Shown here in pieces: positions 45,303-55,439 of a stretch of DNA of 57,892 nt. The position numbers were made by a program, and so were the translations under genes. The stretch's first letter is position 1; each line of letters begins with the position of its first letter. The notes beneath the pieces were generated by a model. The model saw nothing but the letters and a program-made list of their open reading frames with translations, was not told the origin of the DNA and searched no databases. Origin of the DNA: a virus (lineage: Duplodnaviria; Caudoviricetes); the IMG/VR virus record IMGVR_UViG_3300048793_000013, positions 1 to 57,892 of that record; one strand, given 5' to 3'.

Positions 45303-45961
45303 AGAAGGAAGCCTTGGCGTCTTACATATTCGATTTGATCGGTTGCCTTCTTAGAAGAATTGCAATGCCTACATAAGAGTTGAAGATTTTTACGATCATT
45401 AGAGCCTTTGTTTTTTAATGCCACTATATGGTCTACTTCGCCTTTGCCACGAAGTTTTATGCGACAAAATGGCATTGCGCATTTGTCTTTCTGCATACGT
45501 CTAATATCCGCAATATCTTCGGCTGTGTGCGTTCCACCATTGCCGCGTTTGCGAGCCTCATATCTATGACTGGCTGCACGTTGCCTTTCTTTATTGTTTT
45601 GATAGTATTGACTGTTGTACTCAGATTTTTTCTGACGTTCTTCTTTTGTTTTCTTTGAATTTTTTTCCCTTTGAATTGCATTTATTCTGTCTTTATCTCT
45701 TTGCCAGAGAATTTTTCTTTGTTCTGATCTTCGCTTTTTGTTCTCTGGACGACTGCGGTATTTCCTATCTCTTACATTGTCTTTTTCTGTCCATCCCTTT
45801 AATTTTCTCTCTGCTGCAATGCATTTTACGCAGTGACCTCCTACCGCATATCGAATCCCGTCATGACCTCGATAGCAAGGGGCGCCTTGATAAAACGCAT
45901 CTCCGCGTTCTTTTGCCTCTTTACGAGACATCGCAAATTTCTTATTATCGTCATCAGCCAT
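45299..45961 (-). CDS. HNH endonuclease
   Basis: CAMPFC..EVDHIVAL..KGSN...NLQLLCRHCNSSK; N-terminal PCYRGH..CVKC; visibly AT-rich. Confidence 0.85.
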   Translation of the reverse strand: MADDDNKKFAMSRKEAKERGDAFYQGAPCYRGHDGIRYAVGGHCVKCIAAERKLKGWTEKDNVRDRKYRSRPENKKRRSEQRKILWQRDKDRINAIQREKNSKKTKEERQKKSEYNSQYYQNNKERQRAASHRYEARKRGNGGTHTAEDIADIRRMQKDKCAMPFCRIKLRGKGEVDHIVALKNKGSNDRKNLQLLCRHCNSSKKATDQIEYVRRQGFLL

Positions 45962-45989
45962 TGTCGAAACATCCCTTCGTCTTTGGTTA

Positions 45990-46025
45990 GAGGCTCGTGG
46001 GCGTTGCAAGCGCCTTGCGAGCCTC
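45990..46025. terminator. hairpin upstream of the HNH gene
   Basis: GAGGCTCG..GGCG-TTGCAAG-CGCC..CGAGCCTC. Confidence 0.45.
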
Positions 46026-46032
46026 GTTTATA

Positions 46033-47160
46033 TCAGTCTTTTGCCGGTGGAGGCAAGTTTTGTTGAGTCTTAATTTCACGCTTCCTAGTATGCATCACCC
46101 AGGAATCGAGCACCCTGTGCCCTTCGGATATGCTACCGCGTCCAACCTGCCTTACTTGGTCCGGCGTTAAGACGTATTCACCGCCTGAAATCATGACCGG
46201 CGTAGGTTGCCCAACGCCATCGCCACGGCCACCACCCTCACTATACCAACCACCGTCTGCAAATTTCATCGCATGTGGCGGCTTTGGTGAACCAGGACCA
46301 TGGCCCATTTTCATTGCCGGGGCTCCATATGGCCCATTTGCACTAAACATGTGATTCAGAGCGGCAAATCCGGCGTTTGTGTTGCCCTGCCCGAGAGCCG
46401 CGACGTGCGTACTTGGGAGCACATACGAAGAACTCGCAACATGCACGGAATGATTGTCAACTCGCCCAGGTACAGCCGACATTACGGGCCCGCTATGCAT
46501 CATATTCTTGGCTTCCGACCGCTCCTGCCACCCAGCCGACAAATGGGGAGATTTCTGCATTGAGAAGCCCCCTTCTGCCCTATGCAGTGCCCCGCCGGTA
46601 TTCATGAGCGGCTTGGCGAGCGGCGGCGTGACCGATGGTGCCCCAGCCGGCTGGACACCTACCGGGGCGGATTGTTGCGGTGCGTTCTGTGCGACAACAC
46701 CCGATTGCGCGGCTGGCGCCATGGACGATACGCCCGTGGGGATGTTTTGCTGTGCTACACCCGGCATTGTTGGCAACGGCGGGGTGGCAGGCATTATTGG
46801 CGGAGTTGGCGCGGCGACGCCCATTGATGACGGCGGACTTGGCGTGCCCGTAGAGCCCGGCGTAGCGGGATTGGAAAGCGGATTGGCGTTCGGCGACGCT
46901 AGGCCACCCGTGGGCGATCCACCACCTTGTTGCAGGGCGGAGATGACGGCATTCACGGGATCGGTGACGCCCCCGCCGATGTCATATCCACGGACTAGGC
47001 CGCCATTGGCATGGCCGCGACGTTGGGTGGCAAATGCGACTGCGATCGCCTGACGATCGGCAGTTTTCTTACCATGAGCCGCCGCAGTTTTGGCGTATGT
47101 CTTCCCGGTATGGAACTCCTTGATATTCTCTCCGATGCCAGCATTTGGATTGAGCGGCAT
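46033..47160 (-). CDS. putative internal virion protein
   Basis: RQAIAVAF N-terminus, PGRVD..SYVLP..V and ISGGEYV motifs, repeated xxxGG motifs. Confidence 0.65.
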   Translation of the reverse strand: MPLNPNAGIGENIKEFHTGKTYAKTAAAHGKKTADRQAIAVAFATQRRGHANGGLVRGYDIGGGVTDPVNAVISALQQGGGSPTGGLASPNANPLSNPATPGSTGTPSPPSSMGVAAPTPPIMPATPPLPTMPGVAQQNIPTGVSSMAPAAQSGVVAQNAPQQSAPVGVQPAGAPSVTPPLAKPLMNTGGALHRAEGGFSMQKSPHLSAGWQERSEAKNMMHSGPVMSAVPGRVDNHSVHVASSSYVLPSTHVAALGQGNTNAGFAALNHMFSANGPYGAPAMKMGHGPGSPKPPHAMKFADGGWYSEGGGRGDGVGQPTPVMISGGEYVLTPDQVRQVGRGSISEGHRVLDSWVMHTRKREIKTQQNLPPPAKD

Positions 47161-47164
47161 CTGT

Positions 47165-48763
47165 TTATCCTCTATACCGTGCGGTCATTTGCATGTTTGA
47201 TTGTGTTCCCTGCCAATTGGATGCCGCACCATTCAGAGCAGCCTCAAGACTGCAAAGCGTATTGATCCCGACCGACAACGATCCTGAGAAATGAGCATTG
47301 TTACAGGAATAGAAAGCTGACATTCCACTACCAGCCCCCGAAATAGCAGTCTGACCTGATGCTGTCGTTACGCTGTTAAGTCCAATTGCGTTTTGGACTG
47401 TTATAGTAAAACTCCCAGTCGATCCGATGAAAATATTCTGCGAGAACGTCGCTTCTACCGGAATGTCTGGTAGTCCTTGAAGGATGGTCATTCCATTTGC
47501 AGATGTCCCTGAATTGGTATTGAACACCGTAGAACTCCATGCAGCCGGGGCACCTTGTGATGCCCGAAGGGCAGTTCCTATGTAAGGCCAACTCACATTG
47601 CTGTCTCCGGATACTAATTCAATTGCAGCTTGATTATAGGCGTTCCAAATGCCAAATTTTCGGTTTAGGCCATAACTGCGGTGGCACGAAATCTGCCCGG
47701 CAATGCCGTCAATATATATGGTTCCTAGATAAATCCCCTGACCTGATGGTACCGTTATCGTATTGTTTCCGCCTCCGGTATTATAGATCAGACTTATTGA
47801 GGCGACATTAACCCACAATCCAGACGGTGTTGCGCGTTGAACAGCAGAGCCGCCCGCACCTGTGCCACGAGCGCATGAGCCTGCCGTTATTGAACCGCCA
47901 GCGCCAGCCACCCATGATGGACCAGTTCCAATGACTGGGGTTCCACTGTTGTAGGCTAGATAGACATCATAGATATTATTAGCCGCTTGAGATGGGGAAA
48001 GCGTTAATTGCATTTGTGAAAACTGATATGCAACTATGCCTGACCCGTTATGTACCGCCGCCCATGTTCCTACATATGGAGTGTAATAGACTATGACGTT
48101 GATAGTGTCAGATGTGATAATAGGTGTGTTGCTTACGAGCGTAAGATACCCTTGCGGTGTTGGGAGCGGCGCCCCGGCTGCTACGGCGTTAGTCCATATA
48201 GCCGTTACGCTAGTTCCCGTCGTGGTGCAGAAGTACAGAACGCTGTTCGTGTAATCCCACACTACAGATGGTGGAGCATTATTTGATCCGGCAGTACCAG
48301 GAACAATACCATTCGGGTTACCGGAATTTGGTATTATATGGACAGATGCATCGTCAGCATACCATACATTGGTGCCATCGGAATAAAGCCAAGTCCTCAG
48401 ACCTTGACGAGCAGGAACGCCCGTACTTCCTGGAGCTTGTGTGATAACCGAAACATTGAAAATGCCAGTTGTGTTATTCTCAACAACGAATAGGCCGCCG
48501 ACCGCTGTTGTGGACGATCCGGTGACGAATGGTAGAATAAGGTTTTGATGGCCGGTAAGCGCACCAGTAAGTGAAATGGCGCAATTGTTCCATTGGTTAG
48601 TCGTGAGAGTAACGTCAGCTACGGAAATGGAGATGGGTTCTGTATTGCCTAGAATGTTGTCGAGATAGGTTATCAATGCGTTATTTAGGGTTGTACCCCA
48701 GAGGGTATCAACCCCCTGTTGCTGGGTAACAAGATTTCTGTTAGGTGAAAACGTTGCTACCAC
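47165..48763 (-). CDS. tail/structural protein
   Basis: WGTTLN N-terminus, beta-rich G/S/T composition, position in the tail operon. Confidence 0.7.
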   Translation of the reverse strand: MVATFSPNRNLVTQQQGVDTLWGTTLNNALITYLDNILGNTEPISISVADVTLTTNQWNNCAISLTGALTGHQNLILPFVTGSSTTAVGGLFVVENNTTGIFNVSVITQAPGSTGVPARQGLRTWLYSDGTNVWYADDASVHIIPNSGNPNGIVPGTAGSNNAPPSVVWDYTNSVLYFCTTTGTSVTAIWTNAVAAGAPLPTPQGYLTLVSNTPIITSDTINVIVYYTPYVGTWAAVHNGSGIVAYQFSQMQLTLSPSQAANNIYDVYLAYNSGTPVIGTGPSWVAGAGGSITAGSCARGTGAGGSAVQRATPSGLWVNVASISLIYNTGGGNNTITVPSGQGIYLGTIYIDGIAGQISCHRSYGLNRKFGIWNAYNQAAIELVSGDSNVSWPYIGTALRASQGAPAAWSSTVFNTNSGTSANGMTILQGLPDIPVEATFSQNIFIGSTGSFTITVQNAIGLNSVTTASGQTAISGAGSGMSAFYSCNNAHFSGSLSVGINTLCSLEAALNGAASNWQGTQSNMQMTARYRG

Positions 48764-48775
48764 TAATTTTCTCCA

Positions 48776-48803
48776 TTGACATCCCCCAAGGCGTTGCTAT
48801 CTT
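48776..48803 (+). promoter_or_regulatory. promoter for the antisense endonuclease gene
   Basis: TTGACA-16 bp-TATCTT with extended TG. Confidence 0.55.
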
Positions 48804-48824
48804 TCGGTGCGGCAGAGGTAAAAA

Positions 48825-49478
48825 ATGAGATATATGATTCGCGGTCTTGAGGGTAAAAGGTTTGGTCGTCTTCTTGTGGTTGAGCGCATGCCACCAATCA
48901 AAGGCGCACGAAACGCTTTTTGGCGCTGCCTCTGCGATTGCGGTAATGAGGCTGTTGTTGCTGCGGCAAATTTTAAGACAACCGTTAGCTGCGGTTGCCA
49001 TAGAGACACCATCAGAATTACGCACGATATGAGCCATACGCCTGAGCACAACGCTTGGGTAGCCATCAAGCAAAGATGCTACAACCCGAATGGCAAGAAG
49101 TTCCATATTTATGGCGCGCGCGGCATTGAGGTATGCGAGCGATGGCTTGACGATTTTGCCAATTTTTATGCCGACATGGGACCTCGACCATCGCCCAAAC
49201 ACTCGATTGATCGTTTTCCCAATAAAGACGGCAACTACGAGCCGGGAAACTGTCGTTGGGCCACAGGTACGGAACAAGCCAGGAACCGCAATGTTACAAA
49301 AACAGTGGAAATCGATGGCGTTCATGTTCCTATTCAAGAATGGTGCGAAAAGATGGACATAAAAAGGAATCGCATAAGAGAAATGGCACGCGCCCGAGGC
49401 GGTAGAGAAAAGAGGTTCGAATCCGAAGCGGACGCCGTTAAGTGGCTTCATGAGAAGATTACAACTCAAACATTGTAA
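48825..49478 (+). CDS. HNH-type homing endonuclease-like protein, antisense to the late operon
   Basis: GKRFGRLLV, WRCLCDCG, SCGC, YGARGIEVCERW, SIDR..DGNYEPGNCRWAT. Confidence 0.85.
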   Translation: MRYMIRGLEGKRFGRLLVVERMPPIKGARNAFWRCLCDCGNEAVVAAANFKTTVSCGCHRDTIRITHDMSHTPEHNAWVAIKQRCYNPNGKKFHIYGARGIEVCERWLDDFANFYADMGPRPSPKHSIDRFPNKDGNYEPGNCRWATGTEQARNRNVTKTVEIDGVHVPIQEWCEKMDIKRNRIREMARARGGREKRFESEADAVKWLHEKITTQTL

Positions 49479-49696
49479 TAGGGAACTTTTGCGGGTTGTC
49501 CATTCGGAAGCACGATGTTAACGAATCCTGCCGGATTGGCTGGTAAAGTAGCCGCACCTGTGGTTGCGGTTGCTGACGTTCCTGTCCCGCTGGGAAACAC
49601 CGCCTTAAGCGCCTGCACGATAGCATTTATGGCGACTACGCCGTTCTGGTTGACGGTGACGAGTTGAGAGGTGCCGGTATCAGGTGTGTCTACCAT
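49466..49696 (-). CDS. hypothetical structural protein
   Basis: MVDTPD...LPANPAGF...KVPYY; TAATG coupling. Confidence 0.6.
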   Translation of the reverse strand: MVDTPDTGTSQLVTVNQNGVVAINAIVQALKAVFPSGTGTSATATTGAATLPANPAGFVNIVLPNGQPAKVPYYNV

Positions 49697-51960
49697 TATC
49701 GCCTTCCTGCCGGGGCGGCACGATATCTGCATTCGCCGATGCGCCACCAGCTATTCAAGTCTGCGCTCTGCACCGTTATTGCCAACTGTCTGCCCCTCAG
49801 TCTTGTGCTGATGTATTGGATTGCTGTACTCATTGGATACGGCCCCTTCACCGTAGGCGTGTCATTCGGATAATTTACCACAAAGATTGTCACCAGCATG
49901 TTGGCAGCCTGTGAACCACCCTGTAGGCCATACTTGAAGTCAGGTATGAACTGATCGACGAAGTAGAAGTCCTCGCCCTCCCCGATCGACCAGTAGCCCG
50001 TCGTGAAGATCGGATTCATGGCCGATCCGTCAGCATTGTATCCTACTTCGTGCTGATAGATGACTTGGTTTGGTCCCGCCCCAATCGGGGGACCGAGCAC
50101 AGATTGGTCAATCCAGGCCGAGCGTCCTGTCGTTGGGTACTGGCCGAACGTCCATTCACCCTCAATGGCATTGTATTCGACAAAGCTATCGTTCTCACCT
50201 GTGCCACCGGACAACGACGGGAAATGCCATGCTATCGTCCCAAATCGGCTATTTGGAGCACATCTGACCTTATGTGCGTTTGCGGTATCGAGATTCTGGA
50301 AAATGTAATCCCACACCGTACACGGCATTGCCTGTGGAGCCCCACCGGCCGGTTGCATGAAAAACTGTTCTTGGCTCATCCAGTAGACGGTATTTCCGAG
50401 CAACCCAGCCCCATGCAGCCCGATCAAGCCGCATCCGGTCATGATCTTGGAGAAGCCAAATACGTTTGGAAAACCAACATATTGCATAGAATAGAGGTCG
50501 ATATCCGTCCACACCAAGCCCTGTTGAGGTCCCTGCATGGCGCCAACGATCTTCGATCCAGTCGGAATTTGATAGCCGCCGGCTTGGTTTGTGCTTAGTG
50601 GCGTCCATACTGTAAAGTCGCCGGATGTAGTCCAATTGATACCAAGTGGATTAGGAACACCGGAGAACGAACTTCCGAACGCCACCATTATCTGTAGCGG
50701 CATTGCCAAGAACATGCCAGTGTTGATAATTGGAGCATTAGGAACCAGCCGAGCATTACTAAACCCAGTGTTCGGCTCCCAAATGTAGATGCTGCTTCCC
50801 GTTGGACATGCCACCAGGATTTCGCCCCAGTTATCCAGCGTCCAATCTGTTGCCGTGATTGGTGTCCCTGAGCCTCCAGAAGGGGCAACGCCTACACCGT
50901 AGGCACCTCCACCATAGACGCCAGACCCGTATGGTTGAGCGGCCGGTTGAGGTCCAATGGCAACGTAGTAAATTAGCTGGACATTACCGCTGTTTTCAAG
51001 AGCGCCAGCCGTTGAAGATGCTGTTGTTGACGCTGCTATGGTGAAATTGTTTGCGTCAGTTACCGTCTGGGCTAGATAGGCTCCTGAAAGCGTAACACCA
51101 CCAACAGTAACCGGAACGAATACAGGGGTTTGCTCTCCTACTGAAAGCCCATGGCTTGGTTCCAGCACATTGACAGTCGCCGATCCCGATGTAGTCGTGA
51201 AGAACGGCACCGTTCCCGCGTTGGCCGTCGCTGTTGTAGTTGGCGTTGACGATGATGACACAATTGCCGCGCCGCCCGGTGTTACTGATACCTCGAATGT
51301 ATTCGCAGCGATTGACGAACCGACCACATAGTAGACTTGGAACGCCGTCAGATTTGTCAGTGTTCCGGTTGTCGAGAAGAACACCGGAGCATTCGCTAAC
51401 AGGCTATGTGAGGCCCACGTCACTACCCCGGCCGCGATCGTAACCGTATGCGATGTAGTCGATAGCGTAGACGACTGTGCGGCCTGTATTTGATATGTGT
51501 TCGTACTGAGAACGGACGAAATTGCGTAAAGACCTTGGAGAACTTGACCGCCAACTGACACCGGAACAGCGACAAAAACAGAATCATTGACAGTGAGGCC
51601 AGATACGTTGGAATCAACTATCTGGATAACTTTGCTGCTAGCCGTCGCCGTGAAAAATGGCGGCGTGTTTGTGGTCGTAGTCTGTGGCGTAATTGCCGAA
51701 CTGTTTCCATTCGTGATGACGAAAAGCCCACCATCCGCACCTACGGCTAGGTGATCAACGTTCTGTATATCCTGCCACGCAAGAAGAGCGCGCGGAATTG
51801 TTCCTAACTGAAATGGAAAGAACCGTACCCAGCCGCCAATCTTCTCGATCAGACCATCACGCCAGCGGCATAGATTGGCGTAGGTGATGCCTGCCTGATT
51901 CAGCGTTGGCGTCTTTTCGATATTGACGCCGGGAACCAGTTTCACAGTACTGAAGGCCAA
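49696..51960 (-). CDS. tail nozzle / DNA stabilization protein (P22 gp10 / tubular B-like)
   Basis: beta-propeller-like motifs WTLDNWGE, VWTDIDLYSMQY, CGLIG, YWM, RLRGRQ. Confidence 0.75.
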   Translation of the reverse strand: MAFSTVKLVPGVNIEKTPTLNQAGITYANLCRWRDGLIEKIGGWVRFFPFQLGTIPRALLAWQDIQNVDHLAVGADGGLFVITNGNSSAITPQTTTTNTPPFFTATASSKVIQIVDSNVSGLTVNDSVFVAVPVSVGGQVLQGLYAISSVLSTNTYQIQAAQSSTLSTTSHTVTIAAGVVTWASHSLLANAPVFFSTTGTLTNLTAFQVYYVVGSSIAANTFEVSVTPGGAAIVSSSSTPTTTATANAGTVPFFTTTSGSATVNVLEPSHGLSVGEQTPVFVPVTVGGVTLSGAYLAQTVTDANNFTIAASTTASSTAGALENSGNVQLIYYVAIGPQPAAQPYGSGVYGGGAYGVGVAPSGGSGTPITATDWTLDNWGEILVACPTGSSIYIWEPNTGFSNARLVPNAPIINTGMFLAMPLQIMVAFGSSFSGVPNPLGINWTTSGDFTVWTPLSTNQAGGYQIPTGSKIVGAMQGPQQGLVWTDIDLYSMQYVGFPNVFGFSKIMTGCGLIGLHGAGLLGNTVYWMSQEQFFMQPAGGAPQAMPCTVWDYIFQNLDTANAHKVRCAPNSRFGTIAWHFPSLSGGTGENDSFVEYNAIEGEWTFGQYPTTGRSAWIDQSVLGPPIGAGPNQVIYQHEVGYNADGSAMNPIFTTGYWSIGEGEDFYFVDQFIPDFKYGLQGGSQAANMLVTIFVVNYPNDTPTVKGPYPMSTAIQYISTRLRGRQLAITVQSADLNSWWRIGECRYRAAPAGRR

Positions 51961-51963
51961 GAC

Positions 51964-52665
51964 TTAGGCCCTCGGCGGCGTCGCCAAAGTGGCGGGAGAT
52001 TTTGGTGTCCAGGCTTGTGAGGCGTACCGTTTGCGCTGTTCCTCAATGTTGGCAGACGCAATCAGCTTGCCGTAGTGGCTTTCCCATGACCCTGGCGCAT
52101 TCGGATCATCCGTTGCAGCACCATAATCCTTGAGGTAGCCATATCCGAAAATCAAGGAAGCCGTCATGAATACGTCCGGCAAGTACAGCGAGAGGACTGT
52201 AGTAGTATTGCTCGCGCTTAATGGCGCTGGCCTAATCGTACAAACGGTTTCCAGCACGTAGGCTGCGTCGGGGGGAGGGCCAACGATGACATCCTGATCG
52301 GTTATCATGGCATAATAATCAGGAACAGATGGAACCGTTGTCGCGGTTTCGTTTCCCCAAATCGCATCAAGAAATTCACGCGCGACAGGTACTAATTGTT
52401 TCCGATTAGAAGTCCCGAGTGGATAGAAAACATTGATGCTTTCTGAGACAATAACGTGTTGAGGAAACGTAAAATTACGGCTATTTGGCGTTAATGGAGC
52501 CGTTGGCCTAACGATCGTCGAAAGCAGATCAAGTTCACGGTAAATCCGTTGCTCTGCGTCGTCGATGATGTTCGGTAGGACCAACTGGTATTCGGCATTA
52601 GTCTGGCTGTCAATAACGAGAAGGTTGGCCAAATCCGTGACGTACTGAGCGTAGGTTAGGCTCAT
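51964..52665 (-). CDS. head-tail adaptor / tail tubular A-like protein
   Basis: IDDAEQRIYREL, PDYYA, VGPPPD..Y, PDVF. Confidence 0.7.
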   Translation of the reverse strand: MSLTYAQYVTDLANLLVIDSQTNAEYQLVLPNIIDDAEQRIYRELDLLSTIVRPTAPLTPNSRNFTFPQHVIVSESINVFYPLGTSNRKQLVPVAREFLDAIWGNETATTVPSVPDYYAMITDQDVIVGPPPDAAYVLETVCTIRPAPLSASNTTTVLSLYLPDVFMTASLIFGYGYLKDYGAATDDPNAPGSWESHYGKLIASANIEEQRKRYASQAWTPKSPATLATPPRA

Positions 52666-53156
52666 GAGGTCATGTACCAGCCGTTACCACCCGGTACCGG
52701 ATTTATCGTCACCCAGCCATACGCGACATTTATCGTAATGCTCGACAACCCGTCGCACAACTGACCACCCGTGAACGTGATCGTAATCGGATTGGTGGCG
52801 GCGTCGCCCTTCACGTCCTTCACAAGTACCGGCTGATCGTATGTCATCGTGTTGACTAACGGGAACACAACGCTGGTAGCCGAGCTAAGCGTCTTGTTGA
52901 CGAGTATCTTCGTATCGGTAGGAAGTATGTCGTAGACAGACCCGGCCGTGACGATTTCGGTGTTGAGAGAGGGGAATGCAGAGAACCAAGCGGCAAGCGT
53001 CAGCAGCGTGATTTGGTATGTGTTACCGTTTGCATTCGTTGCCGCCGCAGCCACGCCAGACGACACAATCTCCATGGCTTCGCCGCCGAACAACGGGCCA
53101 GATAGAGGATTTTGGCTGCAAATTCTGCCATCAAGCGGTACGAAAAGTCCGGCCAT
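52662..53156 (-). CDS. hypothetical structural protein
   Basis: VKDVKGDAATNPITI fibre-like motif. Confidence 0.6.
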   Translation of the reverse strand: MAGLFVPLDGRICSQNPLSGPLFGGEAMEIVSSGVAAAATNANGNTYQITLLTLAAWFSAFPSLNTEIVTAGSVYDILPTDTKILVNKTLSSATSVVFPLVNTMTYDQPVLVKDVKGDAATNPITITFTGGQLCDGLSSITINVAYGWVTINPVPGGNGWYMTS

Positions 53157-53163
53157 ATTCTCC

Positions 53164-53553
53164 TTACGATGATGTTAGATATTGCAACACACGCGCCTGT
53201 TCACCAGTTTGCGTGCATCTCAACATTTGTGGGCCAGCGCCGTATGGCGGTGCGTTGGGGCCGGCGAATTGGGTGATACGGGTGGTTTGTTCCTCGTAAT
53301 CGAAGTTGGGAACGCGAGCATTAAGGACAGGAGGTGGATCGGGGGGCAATACAATCGTGCGCCACTGCTCTTGTGGCACATCTAGGCATTCACGACAGCG
53401 CAATGAACCAGTGTTATAAATGTGCGTCCCAGACCATTCCATGTTAAACTTAAGATCAACTAAATTATACCATCTACCGCATAAATCACATTCGGCTGCG
53501 GCAGATGGATTGTTTGGGTTAACTCTAACGTGTTTGCTTTGTGGACGACTCAT
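53164..53553 (-). CDS. hypothetical Zn-ribbon protein
   Basis: AECDLCG..CRECLDVPQ..DPPPV.NAR. Confidence 0.65.
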   Translation of the reverse strand: MSRPQSKHVRVNPNNPSAAAECDLCGRWYNLVDLKFNMEWSGTHIYNTGSLRCRECLDVPQEQWRTIVLPPDPPPVLNARVPNFDYEEQTTRITQFAGPNAPPYGAGPQMLRCTQTGEQARVLQYLTSS

Positions 53554-54239
53554 CGATAGAAACCAGAAAGTCCAGGAGTTATATATAAAGCAACATTCTC
53601 AGTATTTTGTTTCATTGCTAAAGCAAACGCCTCATCTCCGTCAAGTTTTCTTTGAGCCTCCAATGCGGGAGCATAATGTCTGGCAAGTCGATGAGCCAAG
53701 CCGGCGACATAGGCATCAAGAAATAGATATTGCAAATCAGCATTGCCGCCCTGTGCAGGATTTGCGTCATCTTGTTGAATGTAAGACCAAAAGCTACATT
53801 CATATATCGCGTTATTATCTGGTACCGGCCAAAATGTTATAGTGGGGTTTACCGTTCTTAAAAAAAAGAACGATGTAGGAAATCCCTGCTCTGTTGGGTC
53901 TGCAAGAGATGCTAGATCAGTGCGAGAAAATGGCAGCAAAAGTCTGTTTGATCCTCCACCAGGACCATTAGGACTTATATATAGATCAAGTATCATTACT
54001 GTATTAGATGCGATGGGATACGTTGCTGTTCCAGCCACCATCGGAAAGCTTGTAAGAATCTGTTTGAAAAGTAGCACACCCTCATTGACAAACTTTACCT
54101 GAAGAAGGTTAGCTTCCTCCCTCGCATCACTCATATGCTGCGGAGTCAACTCTGTACGTTTCACACCAATACGACTAAACGCGGTCAAAAATAACGAACC
54201 TAAAATTGGATTATAGGAGGTAGTACCAGATAGGCTCAT
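53550..54239 (-). CDS. head-tail connector/adaptor protein
   Basis: SGTT..AFSRIG..GTATY..GFPT.FF..FWPVPD..GLAHRLA. Confidence 0.7.
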   Translation of the reverse strand: MSLSGTTSYNPILGSLFLTAFSRIGVKRTELTPQHMSDAREEANLLQVKFVNEGVLLFKQILTSFPMVAGTATYPIASNTVMILDLYISPNGPGGGSNRLLLPFSRTDLASLADPTEQGFPTSFFFLRTVNPTITFWPVPDNNAIYECSFWSYIQQDDANPAQGGNADLQYLFLDAYVAGLAHRLARHYAPALEAQRKLDGDEAFALAMKQNTENVALYITPGLSGFYR

Positions 54240-55120
54240 ACAAACTCAAATCGACGGCCTTTTGCCATCTTTGCTTGACCGTGCACAACTCTACCAACAG
54301 GACTAATAGCAATTCCGTAATGCTGGGCCGCAGACTTAATGCTTGGAAAGACTAACCCATCGTCAATGCAGCGAACTTGACGGCCTTGCTTTGCGTTCAT
54401 TGCTTTGAACCGGATGGACCTCCGCTCAATCATTTCAGGGGACAGCGGTCGAGGTGTTTTGCCGTTTTTTCGGCCGATCCTTACATTTTCGCAAACTTCA
54501 GGTGGCCTCTTTTCGCCACGGCTATGACCTATGTAATTACCTCTTTCACGTCTGGTAGAAACCATCTTTTCAATGCTGTCTATTGAACGCTTTTTACCGG
54601 CCCATGGCCCAGGCTTTCCAATGTGGCTGGCAGAAAGACGCCTAAGCGTTTCCTGTGAAGGCTTGTAGCCGGTCATGCCTTCGCCACCGGCCGTCAGATT
54701 GTATTCAGGACATATGCATGCAATTAGCTCTTGTTCCGCAAACAAAGCGCGCTCATAATCTCGACATATGCCAAAAATCAGAAATTCAAATGCTTCCTTG
54801 CCATATTTTCTTATGGCTCGCGTAAACAGACCGTAGCCTCCCTGTTTAGCTGTTTGGAAGTGATGTTTCTTCCTTTTTTCAAGTCCTGTGCTTGTCACAC
54901 CGACATAAAGCTTATTGTTAATGGTATTTATGGCGACATAGACAATGCACTTGGGAGCTACGATCTTCGAATTTGCCTCATGAACTTGTCGAAGGTGTCT
55001 TATGACAAGCGGCCGATTGCGTCTGATACTCTCGTATGTCCTATTCTCGAATCCAGACCCTCTTAAGCGCTCTGGAACCACATACGCGAACCCCTTGATT
55101 GGCACTGATTTGGCAGTCAT
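54236..55120 (-). CDS. GIY-YIG homing endonuclease with NUMOD3/NUMOD1-like repeats
   Basis: IVYVAINTINNKLYVGVT, AIRKYG, YNLTAGGEG, SQETLRRLS, FPSIKSAA. Confidence 0.88.
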   Translation of the reverse strand: MTAKSVPIKGFAYVVPERLRGSGFENRTYESIRRNRPLVIRHLRQVHEANSKIVAPKCIVYVAINTINNKLYVGVTSTGLEKRKKHHFQTAKQGGYGLFTRAIRKYGKEAFEFLIFGICRDYERALFAEQELIACICPEYNLTAGGEGMTGYKPSQETLRRLSASHIGKPGPWAGKKRSIDSIEKMVSTRRERGNYIGHSRGEKRPPEVCENVRIGRKNGKTPRPLSPEMIERRSIRFKAMNAKQGRQVRCIDDGLVFPSIKSAAQHYGIAISPVGRVVHGQAKMAKGRRFEFV

Positions 55121-55177
55121 CCCAGCCCCCTCTTGCTGAGACTCCATACCACAAAAAGAGGCCTCGTACATCCTACC

Positions 55178-55429
55178 TTACTTCCCCTCCGCCGGCTTCT
55201 CTTTCGCCGCAACAGCCGCCGCCGCGATCTGCGCCTTCAGCTTCTCCAACTCCTCAGCCAATGTCGCAGCGCGGGCCTCTGCACCGGCTTGGGCGTCTAG
55301 GGCGGCGTTACGCTGTGTCTGGAGGGCGGTGATTGCCTTTTGGAGGAAGGCGGGATCGGGGGCTGCTTGTTGTGCTAGTCCTGCCGTGGTGGAGATGGTG
55401 AGTAGCGCGATAGCGATAATGTGTTTCAT
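55178..55429 (-). CDS. small coiled-coil protein with signal-like N-terminus
   Basis: MKHIIAIALL...ALQTQRNAALD; follows the tail fibre gene. Confidence 0.6.
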   Translation of the reverse strand: MKHIIAIALLTISTTAGLAQQAAPDPAFLQKAITALQTQRNAALDAQAGAEARAATLAEELEKLKAQIAAAAVAAKEKPAEGK

Positions 55430-55439
55430 TTGTTTCTTA

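Noticed and set aside
48741-49469. 242-aa minus-strand ORF co-oriented with the late operon
   Set aside because: Shadow of the plus-strand endonuclease, which has clear motifs and a promoter
54236-55171. group I intron around the GIY-YIG gene
   Set aside because: Flanking genes appear complete and there is no room for a ribozyme core; treated as free-standing
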